Of a DNA stretch of 64,000 bases, positions 11,410-24,257 are shown piece by piece; positions within the stretch are counted from its first letter, which is position 1; each line of letters starts with the position of its first letter. The DNA comes from Utricularia gibba (Eukaryota; Plantae; Magnoliophyta). Under the pieces are notes generated by a model, which saw only the letters and a list, made by a program, of their open reading frames with translations, searched no databases and was not told the origin of the DNA. The stretch is taken from positions 744,001 to 808,000 of the forward strand of contig CM007991.1 in the NCBI GenBank assembly GCA_002189035.1, written 5' to 3'. The position numbers and the translations under genes were made by a program.

Positions 11410-12821
11410 TAATTTACTATTCAATACATTAAAATTTAAAACAAGATGATTTAAAAGAAGTCTAATACAATCAGTTTATATATAAAAAAACATGGGTGCA
11501 CGTGCATCATCAATCAATAAGGATACGGGTGTGAAGATATGAATAAGACAAATTTAAAAGTATTCTATTAATATATTATTAGAATACGTTTATTTAAAAT
11601 TTATTATTTTATTAATATAAAAAATCTGACTAAAAATTAAAAGGCATTGCTGGAAAAAAGTAGTAATCTAACAAGACAAAACTAAACGATGTATGGTGGT
11701 GGATGGAGTTACGTATAAACGATTTAATATTTTTTTAATTTTCTTAATAATAATAGCGGCATATCAAGACACATCGTGTATCCAATACCACAAAACACAC
11801 GCATCGATGCTTTACGGTTAATGTTCAATATTTTTTTTTTATTTTAGCTAATATAATAAGTAAAACACGGAATTTTTGGTGAAATTTCATTGAAATTTAA
11901 AACCTTGCTCAACAGTTATTGAATGGAATTGCTATCATTTTCAAAATTGTAAAAATTTTATAAATTTACATCTCCCATTCTTTTATCTAATTTTGGATAA
12001 TTAAATATTATATAAAAAATGAATTTCACCATATCATAGTTATCTAGAACAAAATAAATTAAATCATTTTAACCGGCGTACGGCTCTTACAGATCCCGGT
12101 TTTGACCTCGCTTCCACTCCGATTTATATTATAAATTGCTTGTCACCTTTTTTAGGAGATTGATGTCACTGTCTCTATGTATTTATTTTCGATTTGTCGT
12201 CTATATTTTATTAATTTCGAGTTCTGGTGCTGCCCCATCATCGCCAATTCAGATGATAATAATAATAACGGATTATTTTTTTAGTTAAAAAAAGAATTGA
12301 TTTATTTGGAATAACTGTGTTTGGTAAATATAATGCAGCGGTTTCAATAAAAAAGAATTGAGTTCTCATGTAAAAATTTTAACTCACTATATAAAAAATA
12401 ATGTATGGATGATCATTTTTAGAAATGAAAAGTAGGTACACGGTAATTCTTGTGCACCCAATATTTTAAAAAATATAATTAAACTGTGGTTAAATTTCAA
12501 TTATAATCTAACCATGATTCGATTACAATTTAATCATCATTTTAAATTTTTTTATAATAAAACACGATCAAACTTTTCAAATTACGAATACTTTTTACAA
12601 GCAATTTACGATGTTATTTTGATTTTAAATACTGATAAAAACTGTGTAAAATAAATAAATAAATAGCATGTGGGGGATGGGGGGAGTGGGGTTGGATAGG
12701 TAAATTATGGGTATTTACGGAGACTACCCCCAAAAAGTAACCGTTTTTACCAAGTTGTTGTTCCTAGGGCTACCACCTAAAAAAAGCATGCGTGCTGTGC
12801 CAGCTCTCATACAGCTGGTAA

Positions 12822-12842
12822 CCCCCCCCCCCCCCCCCCCCC
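12822..12842 (+). repeat. C21 homopolymer
   Basis: Read directly from the sequence. Confidence 0.9.
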
Positions 12843-13325
12843 TGAATTTTATATTTGGAACACTTTTGCTTAAAATATAGTTAATTTAACCGTATATTCA
12901 AGTTATTTATATTGAGATAAACATACGATATGTTATTTAAATTAAAACAATATGTATTTTTTTATTTAAAATAATAAACTAGTGTTCATAAGCATGACTA
13001 TAAGCGTTTTCAATGCACAATCATTTTCACACAAATAAAAAGCCCTTGCCAATTTGGAGAAAAACATAGTAAAATGGCTAAACTCACTTAGATATAGTAT
13101 CTAAACCATGTCAAAGATATACAACTGCCATTTGATCTTTCAAGATCCAAGATGCAATCAAAAAGTCCATACCAATTTTGGGACACTGGTGAATACTAGG
13201 CATCTATGATGCCACCATAGATAAAATGATTTAGTAGATATGGATCATGATTTTTTAGATTTTGATGTGATATGCAGATGCCGTGAGTTTGGTGAATTTT
13301 TCATCTGGATTCATGTGGTTGAATC

Positions 13326-16300
13326 TCATAACAACAACTCGGGTTCTTCAGGATTTAACTCAGCATCATTGTCATCCTCATCATCTTCCTCTTCTTCCTC
13401 AGGCGCATCAGGATCAACTCCCTGGGAACAACACAGAATTAAGGAATGGACATGTATCAGCAACAGTAAGGGTGAGCTGCAACAGATCAAACCTTCATTT
13501 GCTTTTCCAACCGCTCCAATCCTTTCTTTGCTGCTTCGTTTTCTGGGTTAATCCTGCAACAAAGAAATGCACATGTATACAGACACCTATCGATGCTGCA
13601 GTGCAGAGTAGTGATGTAAACTCTCATCACCTCAGTGCAGCCTGGTAATGTGAAAGGGCGTCTTGCACCATATTCGTCACAGAAAAAACTTGAGCCAGCT
13701 TCACGTGCAAAGAATCATCTGCCCAGTCTTTCAAGTATCTCTGCAGCAGGGCTACTGCATCTGCGCTTCGTTCTTCGGTAACATGAAGCTCAGCCAGAGT
13801 TAATACAGCAGCAAGGAATCCTGGCTCCAGCCTCAAGGCTGATTCGTAAAATTTCTTTGCCTGAATATAATTGATGCCGTAATCTTAGACCATTGCATTC
13901 AACAGACATGATACTACTACTGTTGGGGTGGAATGTTTCATGATCAATATAACTGCATCACATGTCCAGACCTTTTCTCTGCCGCTGTTGGTGCTAGCGT
14001 GCACATCCCCAACTAGTTTCAACGCCTTTGATGAGTGAGGCATTGCTTTCATTGCCTCTCTAGCAGCATTCAGAGCTTCTTTGAGTTTAGGAATGGCCAA
14101 ATAGGCGCGAACTAGACCTGGGGCGTTTATGAAACATTAATCTCTTTCAACATTTATAAACAATTTGTGCTAGACGCACCTTGGTATGATCGAATATCGG
14201 GCCTTATTTCTTGAGCTCCTCGATAAGAAACCACTGCAGCTTCCAGCTTGTTCATTTTCAATAATATATTACCCTAAATGTAATGACATCAATGAGATGC
14301 AAATAATTCAAAATAAGCCAGAGAAAGGGAGATATGCATGTAACTCTATCTACCTTCATTATATATGCAGCAGCATGTCTATCGTGAAGACGGATGGCCT
14401 GTAGATGGTAAACCAGAGCATTGGCATTGGGGAGTACAGTATTTTTATGCGTTTTTTAAAAACCTCATGAATCCTAACCTTGTCAGTATAAGATATAGCA
14501 CTGTTATCATCCTTCTTTTCCGAAAATGCAGCTAAGGCCACAAATACTTCAGGCCTGGAAGCATCAGTATTCACTAGATCATGGATTAATTTGTTTAACT
14601 TGGATTGGTCCGACTTCATCTTTAGAAGCATTGCATACTCATCCATGTAGGTAATGACGTATGGATCGATTGATCGAACCTGCAAAATATTGCTTGCAAG
14701 ATTCTCCATCATGGTGTCTTGATAATAGTAATCGCATTAGCATAATTTGTAGCGTTACCCTTTCAAAATCAAGAATGGCCTCTTCATTCCTTCCAATAAT
14801 TGCTTTGACCTTCACAAGGTGATTGTCATGAGGAAAAAGTCAGAAGTCTACACAGCATTCAAGAATCAATATATCAAGTTCACTCAGGATAGAAGAACCT
14901 TAACCATGGAGAATTCTCATTGAAACAGCAGCGCAACAAACCTTGGCTATTTCTAATAAAATATGAACATTGTTCGGAAACTGCTTTAGAAGTTCCGAGA
15001 ATAGCTCCAGTCCACCTAATTACCACAAGAAGATAAATGAGAGTCAAAATATGTAGAGAGGATGTTGAACACCTCCACAGGGAGGCCAATCTGGCCTTTT
15101 CACAATGAAAAAAAGCACGCTGAGCCCAACAGTAAAACTGAAAAAAGTATAGGATGCATTGAGCATATTATCGAGGAGCATGCAAAAGGTTCAAGTTTTA
15201 ACATAAATTTAGGGGAATAACCTTTGTAATCATTTGCAGCAATACAGCAATGTGCTTCTACATAGCGCTGTGTAATGAGAAGCAATAATACAATTCAGCA
15301 CCAAAAGTGTCATCATTTAGGAGCTAAATGCATTGGAATATTAATGATGGGTGGGGGTGGGGGCCTAAAGGAAAATTCGGTCCTGAAGAACAGACCTGCA
15401 ACCAGTGACTGGGGTCAAGATGATCAGAGGGGGACCTGCCACTTCTATTTGGAGTCTGAAATAACAAAAAAAAAAAAAAAACGCTCATCATATAACTGAT
15501 CAAGCAATCAAAAATTTTAGCTTTTATAAAAAAAATGATGAAAAACACTCAGCAAAGGGCTGACGAAACAATCGATAAGCTTCAAAAAGCCTGAAGAATT
15601 AATGAGAACAGTAATGGAACTCGGATTTTGATGACCTATCTTCCAAAATGTTTGTCCTTGATCAGCAATAAAAATGCAATTTAACTAACATGGGAAAAAC
15701 AGCAACCTCCAAGAATATCAAACATTGTAAACCATAAGGGAGATACTAGAAGAGGAACATATTTAAAGGCAGAACATGAACGCACAGTTGACAAACCTGA
15801 GGAAATAATGATATGATATCCTTTGCAGACACACCCAATTCAGCCAGAGCAATAACTGCCTCAAGTATGTATGGGTTATTCCTGTCAATATCAGGAAGAG
15901 TATTATTATCTAAAAGTTATCAACACTATGAAGATCCTTTAATTGGAAAATTATGAAAACAGGGCTTTTTTTTCCATATTGTGGGATAAACAAATGGACT
16001 AACTCTATGTGTATACAATTACTAGCACCAAACCTCACACACTCCTTCAGACATCCAATAGCAGCTCGGGATTGCCTAGAATTTCGATAAAGTTTTGCCA
16101 TCATTAGATTCACCTCCAGATTCCTTAACTTGCTCGGAATTCCCTCCATCTGAAAAGACAGCATGGCAATCAGGAACCATTTTAGATATGAGAAAACAAT
16201 CTAATAAGAGAAAAACATGACTGTAGTGCATAAAGGCAAACAAAAAAAAAAAAAAGAAAACCTACAATATTAAAAAATATTGGTAATAACACAGAAAAAG

Positions 16301-17220
16301 GAAAAAACTGAAGCAAGAAGAAGATAAAACGCAAATCTTAACCTCAGCAAGAGCAGCCTTGTTCTCTCCAAGAGAAATGTGGCATCTTGCAATCTTAAAT
16401 CTCATCTGAATTCACATTAAAAAATACACTCAGGTGTATCTTAGGGAAGCCATAAGCGACTTAAAGAATATTACCTCATTTTCGTTTATCAGCGAAGAAC
16501 AAAGAGAATTAGACGAGGATGACCCGTTTGATGTAGAAAAGGAGCACCTTGATAGCGGGGTGGAGGCACCATTTTGCTTTGATATTACTTTATGGTATTG
16601 CAATGCTTGCTTATAAGTATGCTGTGAACGTTAAAATCAACCATCACAAGGAGTAAAAAAAAAATTACACTGAGATAAACTTCTAAATGCTTGATTCTAT
16701 TATCAATAATGGAAGAGTTCATAATTGGATAAGGCATATACAAAATTAAGAACGTTCGCGAAGAAAAAAGGTAATGCTATATCATACTATTGCTCTTTGA
16801 AACTCCTTTTCATGTACGAGTGCATCACCATATAAAACCTGCCAGTAGAATATTCAAATTACCTTTCAGCGGAAACCTACGAGATCAAACATTACCAAAA
16901 GCCATGAGATACAACTGAATGAAAGAAAAAAAGTCGTGAGGTACCAGATTTTCTGCTTTAAGACGTAAGCTTGTGTCAACATTCATGGAATTTGACGACA
17001 CAGAAAAGCATCCCTAGCTCCATACAGAAAACCCACATCATAAACCAGGAATTCCAAACAAATAGATGACAAATGCAGAATGAATAAACATCGCGAATAG
17101 TGGGCTAGTCTCAAAAGTACAATTCAGTCCGAGAACCAACCAAAATCATACCAGCATTTGAGCAGAGGAATAAAGACCTTGATCCAAAAGAAAAGAGAGT
17201 TGCTCCTTCAGCCCATCCAT
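13326..17220 (-). CDS. APC7: Anaphase-promoting complex subunit 7 (TPR protein), multi-exon, frame intact
   Basis: Start MDGLKEQLSFLLDQGLYSSAQML; internal LKAENL, MEGIPSK, SIDPY..YMDEYAMLLK, DWADDSLHVKLAQVF; acidic C-terminus GVDPDAPEEEEDD...LL*. Splice phases checked exon by exon. Confidence 0.95.
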
Positions 17221-17867
17221 TGTACTGTAGTAAAATCTTTCAAAAGTCGAATTTATATAGGGATTCGTCATAGAAAATGACTAAAATACCCTGCACCTCA
17301 TTTTTCCCATTGAATATTTATTTTAATAATTAAATAAGAAATTAATTAAAAAATTATACCATTCATATTTTACCTACTCTAAAAATACATTTATATAATA
17401 ACATTAAATTATACAATAATTTATTTTACAGTATATTAAATTTTAAAGCATATGCACCCTTATTTAAATTTTCAGACAGAATAAGTTTTATAATCAATTA
17501 CTATAAAAGGTGAACCTTTCTCAACTAATTTGATCAATTTTTGAATAGTAATAATCAATTTTATCCTTATTTTAAAATTAATTTCATCAGATTATTAAAT
17601 AACAAGTATGAAAAATAAAAAAAATCATTTTCACAATTTTATAAAAAATGGCAGGGATAAATCCTCCCAAAAGTGACTACTTTCTTCAACCTTCACTTGG
17701 AGCAGGAGAAACAATGGTATCAAATGCAAGGGGAAAATGCCATAGCTCAGATTTGTGTTCATCTACAAAGTTCAGAAGCCTTTGTCAACTGATTCAGGGA
17801 AATTTAAACAACATTCTGTTGATAAAGAAAGGATTTCTTCATACTGTGTATCATGTAGTCATGCCTC

Positions 17868-19356
17868 CTAAGACGATGCTGAAGGTTTCAGCTTCTTGGG
17901 TGGAGGATTACCACCAGAAACCATCACGTAAGTGTAGAAGCAGAGCATTGCAGCGCTGGTTCATCGGAAAAAAAAAAAGAAAAAGCTCATACTTGTCAGT
18001 ACTTGAGCAGTCCACTGCTTGGGAAGCAATGGATTTAATCTTTATACCTAAGTACAGCATTCATGCCGCTAGGGAAGATGTTGGGTGTCTGCAGATCAAC
18101 ACATTCCGGTTACTTGAAAAGATGGCAGAAAAATAGTTGCAAACTGAGGAACTTGACTGTTCTTCCTTTACCTGTGAATAAGACTGATAGTTCTTCCAAA
18201 GGAAAGCCACTGCGAGCACTGCAATCGTCAACAGGTATGAGGATCATTCGTATTGCATATATGGAGCCATTTCAATGTGGAGGAAATGCTGAATCATGTC
18301 ATCAAGATGAGGGAAGTTTCAAAACCTGCTTGGCACAGAATAAATGGTACGCTGGATTTTCCGCTCCTCCAAACCTTCATACTCAGGCTGCTTAGCGTCA
18401 GTAAGGCGCTTCCGAGGAGCACACCGGGAGCTGAAGCTGTGGGGCTTTTTGTGAGGAGAAGGGTAAGAATTCCCCCACCCAAAACAACTCCACCTACAGG
18501 CAACAGTACAATCAGGTTTAGGACAATGCATCTTCCCATTGCATGATATAATTCGGACAGGCTTGCAAGAAGTTTTTAGGGAGGTTTTGAGACATGGTGT
18601 AAGTAAAGAGGGAATCACCGAATGGAATTCCAAGGCAGAAATCATGAATCTTGGCTGATTTCACCGTTCCGCTTGAGACTCGTCCCTCTGGATCGCCTTT
18701 TGCAGCTTGGAAAGTGGAATCTTGGGTAAGGGGACTAACATCATGTGGACTTTGCACCTCTTCAGCATAAGCGGTGAGCGTCTCTTTCTTCGAATTCGAT
18801 GTTTGAGCTCCGTTCTCATCGCTGCTCAGAACCCTGAAAACCTGAAGATGCAGAAAATGCATTGGAAATCTTGAGAGCCAAACACCCAAAAGGAATACAT
18901 TTCATCATTTCTCAGAGTTCATTTCTTCTCCGGACAAATCCAGTTACAACAAGATGCATTGGAAATCTTGGATACATTTCATCATTTCTCAGGGTTCAAA
19001 GTTTCCCAGTTACAAGAACGACTATAAGAATCGAGTAAAAGGAATACACCCAAAACGAGTTTCTTCTCCGGACAAACCCATTTGATACTCAGAATCTCAA
19101 CACCCAAAATCAAGTAAAGGAATTGAATTTCAGAAACCCATCAACATATAATAGTGAATCGATGTTGCTTCATTATAAGAACAATATCAATCAAAGACAA
19201 CTACGAAATGGATTCAGTATAATTCAAATAGCTTAAAAAATACACCTTTCTCGGCCTTAATCTGAAGTTGCATCTGTAAGTAGTGAACAGGATCTGCGAT
19301 CGGCGATCCCGAGCACTGGTTGAGAAACACGGGAGTCGAGAAATCGCTGAAGACAT
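17868..19356 (-). CDS. FAX1: Plastid fatty acid export protein (Tmemb_14 family)
   Basis: Transit-peptide exon MSSAISRLPCFSTS (19246-19356); KIHDFCLGIPFG; KVWRSGKSSVPFILCQA; C-terminal AMLCFYTYVMVSGGNPPPKKLKPSASS*, which matches FAX1 as recalled. Confidence 0.92.
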
Positions 19357-19683
19357 TGTCAATTGGGTTTCTCGTAAAATTGCTGCAAATTATTTATTCA
19401 ATGGATGAAGAAATAAATTATGCGTTCTTCACATGTTCACCTGCAATTTTTGACTTTCGTTGCCGCCGACGTTTGTAGAAACAAAGGTAGACAGCAATTC
19501 TGACTCAAGTGAGAACTCAAAATTATGATACGGTTGCAGGTATAAGGTGCAAATCCATCTTGAGCACATGGACGTGGATAAAGATCCCATCTTTCTATAG
19601 AATTCAACTTTACATAGCATATACCTTAAGCTTAACTCATGAGCATGTAGCCCTGATTCATAAAATCGAGCTGACTTTATGAA

Positions 19684-20771
19684 TTACATAGGTGATGTTT
19701 GAGCATAAGCATTCTGGAGTTTCGGCCTTCTTGGGTTCAAACTCAAGGACCTGTACTTGGCTTTGGTGGATTCCTTGGTAGCCATTTACGACTCCAAGCC
19801 CCAATATCCGTTGTAGTATCTCTCTGATTTGGTTGCAGCATGAGAAAAGGATCTTCTGGCTGGGGAAGCGATAACTGCACCATTTTTCACGTCCCTGCGT
19901 TTCAGTTTCAGATTCTTCAGCCTCTTGTTAGCATTCTCCTCAAAATGGACTACTGCATTTGAATGTGGCGCCAGCTCCTTCTCTTCATCTTCCAATTCCA
20001 CCCATCTGATCCTCCTTTTCTGACCATTTTAGCAACAAAGGCTAATGTTACACATTTGCACAAGTCAGCTGATTCACCAAAAGTCAGAAGTATGCAAAAT
20101 GCGCAGTTAATGCATACAAAAGTATCTCATCATGGATCTATAAAAAGGTTCCGGTAGATACCTCTTCTTGTGATTTGATTCCTCTGGTATGACGTCCATG
20201 CTGCTGAGGCCTGGAAGAGGGTAATATGGGGATACGTTTTCTAAGGAGATCTCCACGAATCAACGCTTGGAGTTTGACAATTCCTTTAAGTGCACCAAGT
20301 ACCTTACATGCCTAGGTAGAGGTAGATAACTCAATAGTAAGATTAATGAAAGTGAAAAGTTGAGAGTTCCTTCCATCTAAGACATATGTTTAATGTGTGA
20401 TGTGCATGTTTCTTTGCCTGCATTGACAATAAGACGACTCACAATATGCCTTCTGTATGTGCTCTGAATCTTGATGGCTGCCACCATTTGCTGATTTTGG
20501 CGAGGGATATGAATGAGCCGGATAATCTCAGTCGCGGCATTAACAGCTGCTGTCGCAGCTTCCAGAGCAGAAGCAGTTGCCTTCGCCATCGCAAACGAAT
20601 GCCTTCTTTGCTCCACATCCATCTCCATCTGCGGCTCCTCTCTTACATGATCGCCCTGTATGAAAACACTGAGTACCGCAAAATGTCTGTTTCAGCAACA
20701 AAATTTACCTGTTCAGCACTTGGAATGCAGAGCCACTTCAAGTTCCAAAACAAGCTTCTCCCCTTCGTCAT
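19684..20771 (-). pseudogene. IQD: IQ67-domain (IQD11/12-like) gene with in-frame TAA at 19786-19788; truncated protein or pseudogene
   Basis: MTKGRSLFWNLKWLCIP exon; AMAKATASALEAATAAVNAATEIIRL; IQ motifs AAIKIQSTYRRHI | ACKVLGALKGIVKLQALIRG; after the stop, in frame, MATKESTKAKYRSLS (DUF4005-like). Confidence 0.85.
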
Positions 20772-21871
20772 ACCAACCTTTTCAACTAGTTCAAAGAAGA
20801 ATATTGCACGATACCATTATTTATGCATATGACAGAGAGATCAAAGAAGGGGATGTGATGGGACTTCGTACTGAAGTTGATGTCCCATAGTGCAATAGGG
20901 GTAACGTGCCTTGAAAAGTGGAGCATGTGCTGAAGTGATATTTCATTTAAAAGGTCTTTATCCCATTCCAACTTCCATTCTCATCACTCCTTTGCCTATC
21001 ATATGATTCACTCACTGGATTGGAAAGAATGTGACTTCAGTTAGGCAGGCGCTTTTTACACAGTAAGTGAAGCCATCTTTTCAATATTCACCACATTCTC
21101 TTGTCCTTCGAATGATCGAATCAGCACCCCTTTTTTTCTGTTTAGACACACCGAAAGTCATGAATCCAGTGGCTAAAAACTCACCTTTCAGGCATCTTGA
21201 TCACTCACTATATGGATCTCCTGTACCATCTAAGCAATAACAGGTATTTCTCCAGACGCTATTTGTGGGTGGCGCCGTCTGTCACTCGTCCCAACTCGTT
21301 CTTTCAAGTGGGGGACGAGGAAGAGACCTCACCGGCTACTCCCGCTGCACAACAAGGATAACACACAAAAAGGGTGAGATTGCTAAAACTGGAGGGCGAG
21401 GACTGTACGTGCGGGTCCATGACTGTAAAGCTGGGCATCATCGATGAACATCACGTTCATTCACACAACTATCAGCAAGACTCCATTAACTGAGATGCCA
21501 CACAACTCATATAAGTTGTTTAAATGGAGAAGCAACTGTGTATTGTAGATTGAAGTCACTAGATAGGGAAACATTTTTGTGGAAGCAATCTTGAAGTTGG
21601 GTTGAAGAGATACACAGATTTCTAAAAAGAAAATAAAAAGTTGTTTTTACTATATGACTGCCTTTTGGCATATGAATTGAAACGATAAGGAAAAGAACCA
21701 GAAAAATATGGGGAAAATAGAGCATGTGAATTCACATGAACTGGACAATATGGTTACTATAAAATGGAGCCTCCGCTCATCGTGTTCTCGAAATCTATGA
21801 TGGTATTGGGATCATCGTGCTACTCAGATTTGACAGCCAACCACATGTATCGCAGTGTCTCTTTGTCTACT

Positions 21872-22189
21872 TCACTGCTTATCCACGACACATGCACTGC
21901 AAAAAACCCTCTGTTTACGACCTGATATTGAATTGACAATACGATATAATATGCCTGCAAAAGATGATAGAATAGCAAGTACATACTTGCGATCTTGTTT
22001 CGGAATGGCGATTACGAGAGGCGCGCGGGGAGGCTTCTTGGAAAGGACGACTTCATCCTTATGGCCTTGGCCGCTTGTCGAGTTGGGGATCTGCACCTGC
22101 TCTGGAGAGATTTTTCCAACGGAGGCCTTCGCCCCCGGCGGCGGGAAGAAGAAATCTGTTGGGAAGAACTTGTACTCCAGTCCGGCCAT
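21872..22189 (-). CDS. Small uncharacterised plant protein with N-terminal MAGLEYKFFPTDFFFPPP motif; 3' structure uncertain (possible intron near 21898-21986)
   Basis: GC-elevated ORF. The N-terminus resembles a plant MAGLQYxFFPTDFxYP motif I recall from unannotated proteins; family not named with certainty. Confidence 0.65.
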   Translation of the reverse strand: MAGLEYKFFPTDFFFPPPGAKASVGKISPEQVQIPNSTSGQGHKDEVVLSKKPPRAPLVIAIPKQDRKYVLAILSSFAGILYRIVNSISGRKQRVFCSACVVDKQ

Positions 22190-22590
22190 CAAGACGAATA
22201 ATGAAAAAAATATCAAATTCAGGGTTTACTTTATCGTTGCCTTGGGATCTTTTCCTCATAATGGAAATTGTTTATTAAAATATTTAAAATTAATTTCATT
22301 AAAAATAAAAATATCAACATTTAAAACCGTATGAACCAATTTACTCTATTTTAAAACAATAAAGATTAATAAATAATTTTTAAATAACAAAAATGAACAG
22401 TAATTTTTTGGAAATAATCAAACAGTAATCTACGTAATTTTTCCAAATGGGTACAAGGCAACTGGAATCTACAAAGAGGCTCAGCATTCTTCACTTGTCA
22501 CCAAACAACCATGAGAATCGAGGAGTTGAACAGCCTCATCATACCATGAAAAGATCAGCGCAATGTCTTCTGCATTTGTTTCCAGATGTT

Positions 22591-24257
22591 TCACATCTCG
22601 GGAAATGGAACCACTGCTTCAAAGGCTTCAATAAGCATGGACACCCTTCTCTTTCGAGCAGGAGTTAGCTTTGTTACGATGTGTTGAACTGCGTAGTCCA
22701 TCATCCATTGCTTTGCCTTCATCCTTTCATTTACCATCTGGGATTTCACCTTCACCTTGTCTGCTTCCGGATCAGCCTCTTTCTTGAGCTCCCTAGCTAC
22801 TTCCAGTGTTCTGATGGACCTTTTGATGAGCATGAGGTTCTTCAGTTTGCTCCAGTTTCTGGGCTTTTTCGGCTCAGGGCGTGCATCTACTGTTGTTTCA
22901 GATTGTCCTGAAGTTGGTTGCCCAGGAACCAACTCATCTTTGGTGGATTGAGCTCTGAAGGATTCCTCTCGTGAAAGGAGAATTTCATTGACTGTGTCTT
23001 TTACTAGTTTCACAATTTCCTCTTTGGTGAGCCCAGTCACTGCATTACTCGGCTCCAAGACCTCTGTTTTGGTTACTGAAGATGTACTCTTGTTTTCGAC
23101 TTCCTCAGTTTCTGATCCATCAATGAGGCCACTCCCTGCTTTCTCAGCTACACTTGATACCACATACTGATAAATAGTATGCCACATTTTGATGTGGCTA
23201 GTTCTCTCTGTCTGTGAGGTGCTTCCTAGTGTGCTCTTTTCCGTGTTTAAATCCCCTGGTGCAGATAAATCTTCTTCAATACCTGAAAGCTTAGATGTAT
23301 CCTTGACCACAAGATTTGATCCTTGGGTTGTTGAAGAGACCACAAGATTTCCAGAATGCGCGGACCCAGGCTCAACATTTACATCATCTTTTGAGGAGTT
23401 CAATTCAAACTTCAGTGAGTTCACAACACGATTCGTGTCTTCGACAGCTGCTTTTAGATTCACTTCCTTGAGTTCATCAGATGAGCATTGAGCCCCAACT
23501 GATGACTCACTTGAAACAGAATCCTCAGTACCGTCCCTTGTCAGATGATTGATCCCAGGAGTGATTCTGGTCCCAAGATTCGAGTTTTCTTGTGGGGGAA
23601 CCACTGTTTCGAATGCTTTCACTAGCAGGGCAACTTTATTCTTTTCGGCTGGGGGAAGCTGACCGATTGCTTGGCGAAGAGCATAATCCAACATCCATTC
23701 CTCTGCACTTTTTCTACCACCAAGTGCTGGTGCTCTCTGGGTAGACTTTTCAGCTTCAAATTCGATGTTTGAGGATTTGACCTGTGAACTCCGGAAGTCT
23801 AACTCTCTAACTTTGTCCAACTCCTTGATGAATCTCTGAAGAAGAATCCACTTCTTCATATTACTCCAATGATTCAATGCCCCCTTTTCAGTTCCTCTTG
23901 AAAAAACTCTCCCTAAACCCTTTAATCCCCCACTTGCAGAATCACCAGGGAATGGAACTTGCTCCAATTGACCAGATACTTGATTTTCTTACAGAAAATT
24001 AAAAAAAAAAAAGAGTGATGAACAGATAAAGATTTCAATCTTCCACTTTCATAGTTACCTGTTTTGGAGTGGGTATCATCCTGAACTTCTGGAAGAAGAA
24101 TCTTCTCTATGGCCTCCCTGACGAGGCCGACCACCATTACCTTCTTATTTTCAGCACCTGGAGCTTCATATTCATTCAGTATTTCAAATGAAACTTCGCT
24201 TGCGACTGGCTTTTGTGCGGATATCAGGCTCCGAAGGCCTAAATACTCGGCATCCAT
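22591..24257 (-). CDS. Plant calmodulin-binding protein (PICBP-like, two CaM_binding-type repeats), 2 coding exons
   Basis: Repeated W..MKKWILLQRFIKEL...RKSAEEWMLDYALRQAI...KVALLVKAFETV and WSKLKNLMLIKR...KQWMMDYAVQHIVTKL...RRVSMLIEAFEAV. Intron 23988-24058. True start uncertain. Confidence 0.85.

Noticed and set aside
11521-11784. Possible degenerate MITE (GGATAC...GTATCC inverted ends)
   Set aside because: The TIR match is too short and there is no target-site duplication.
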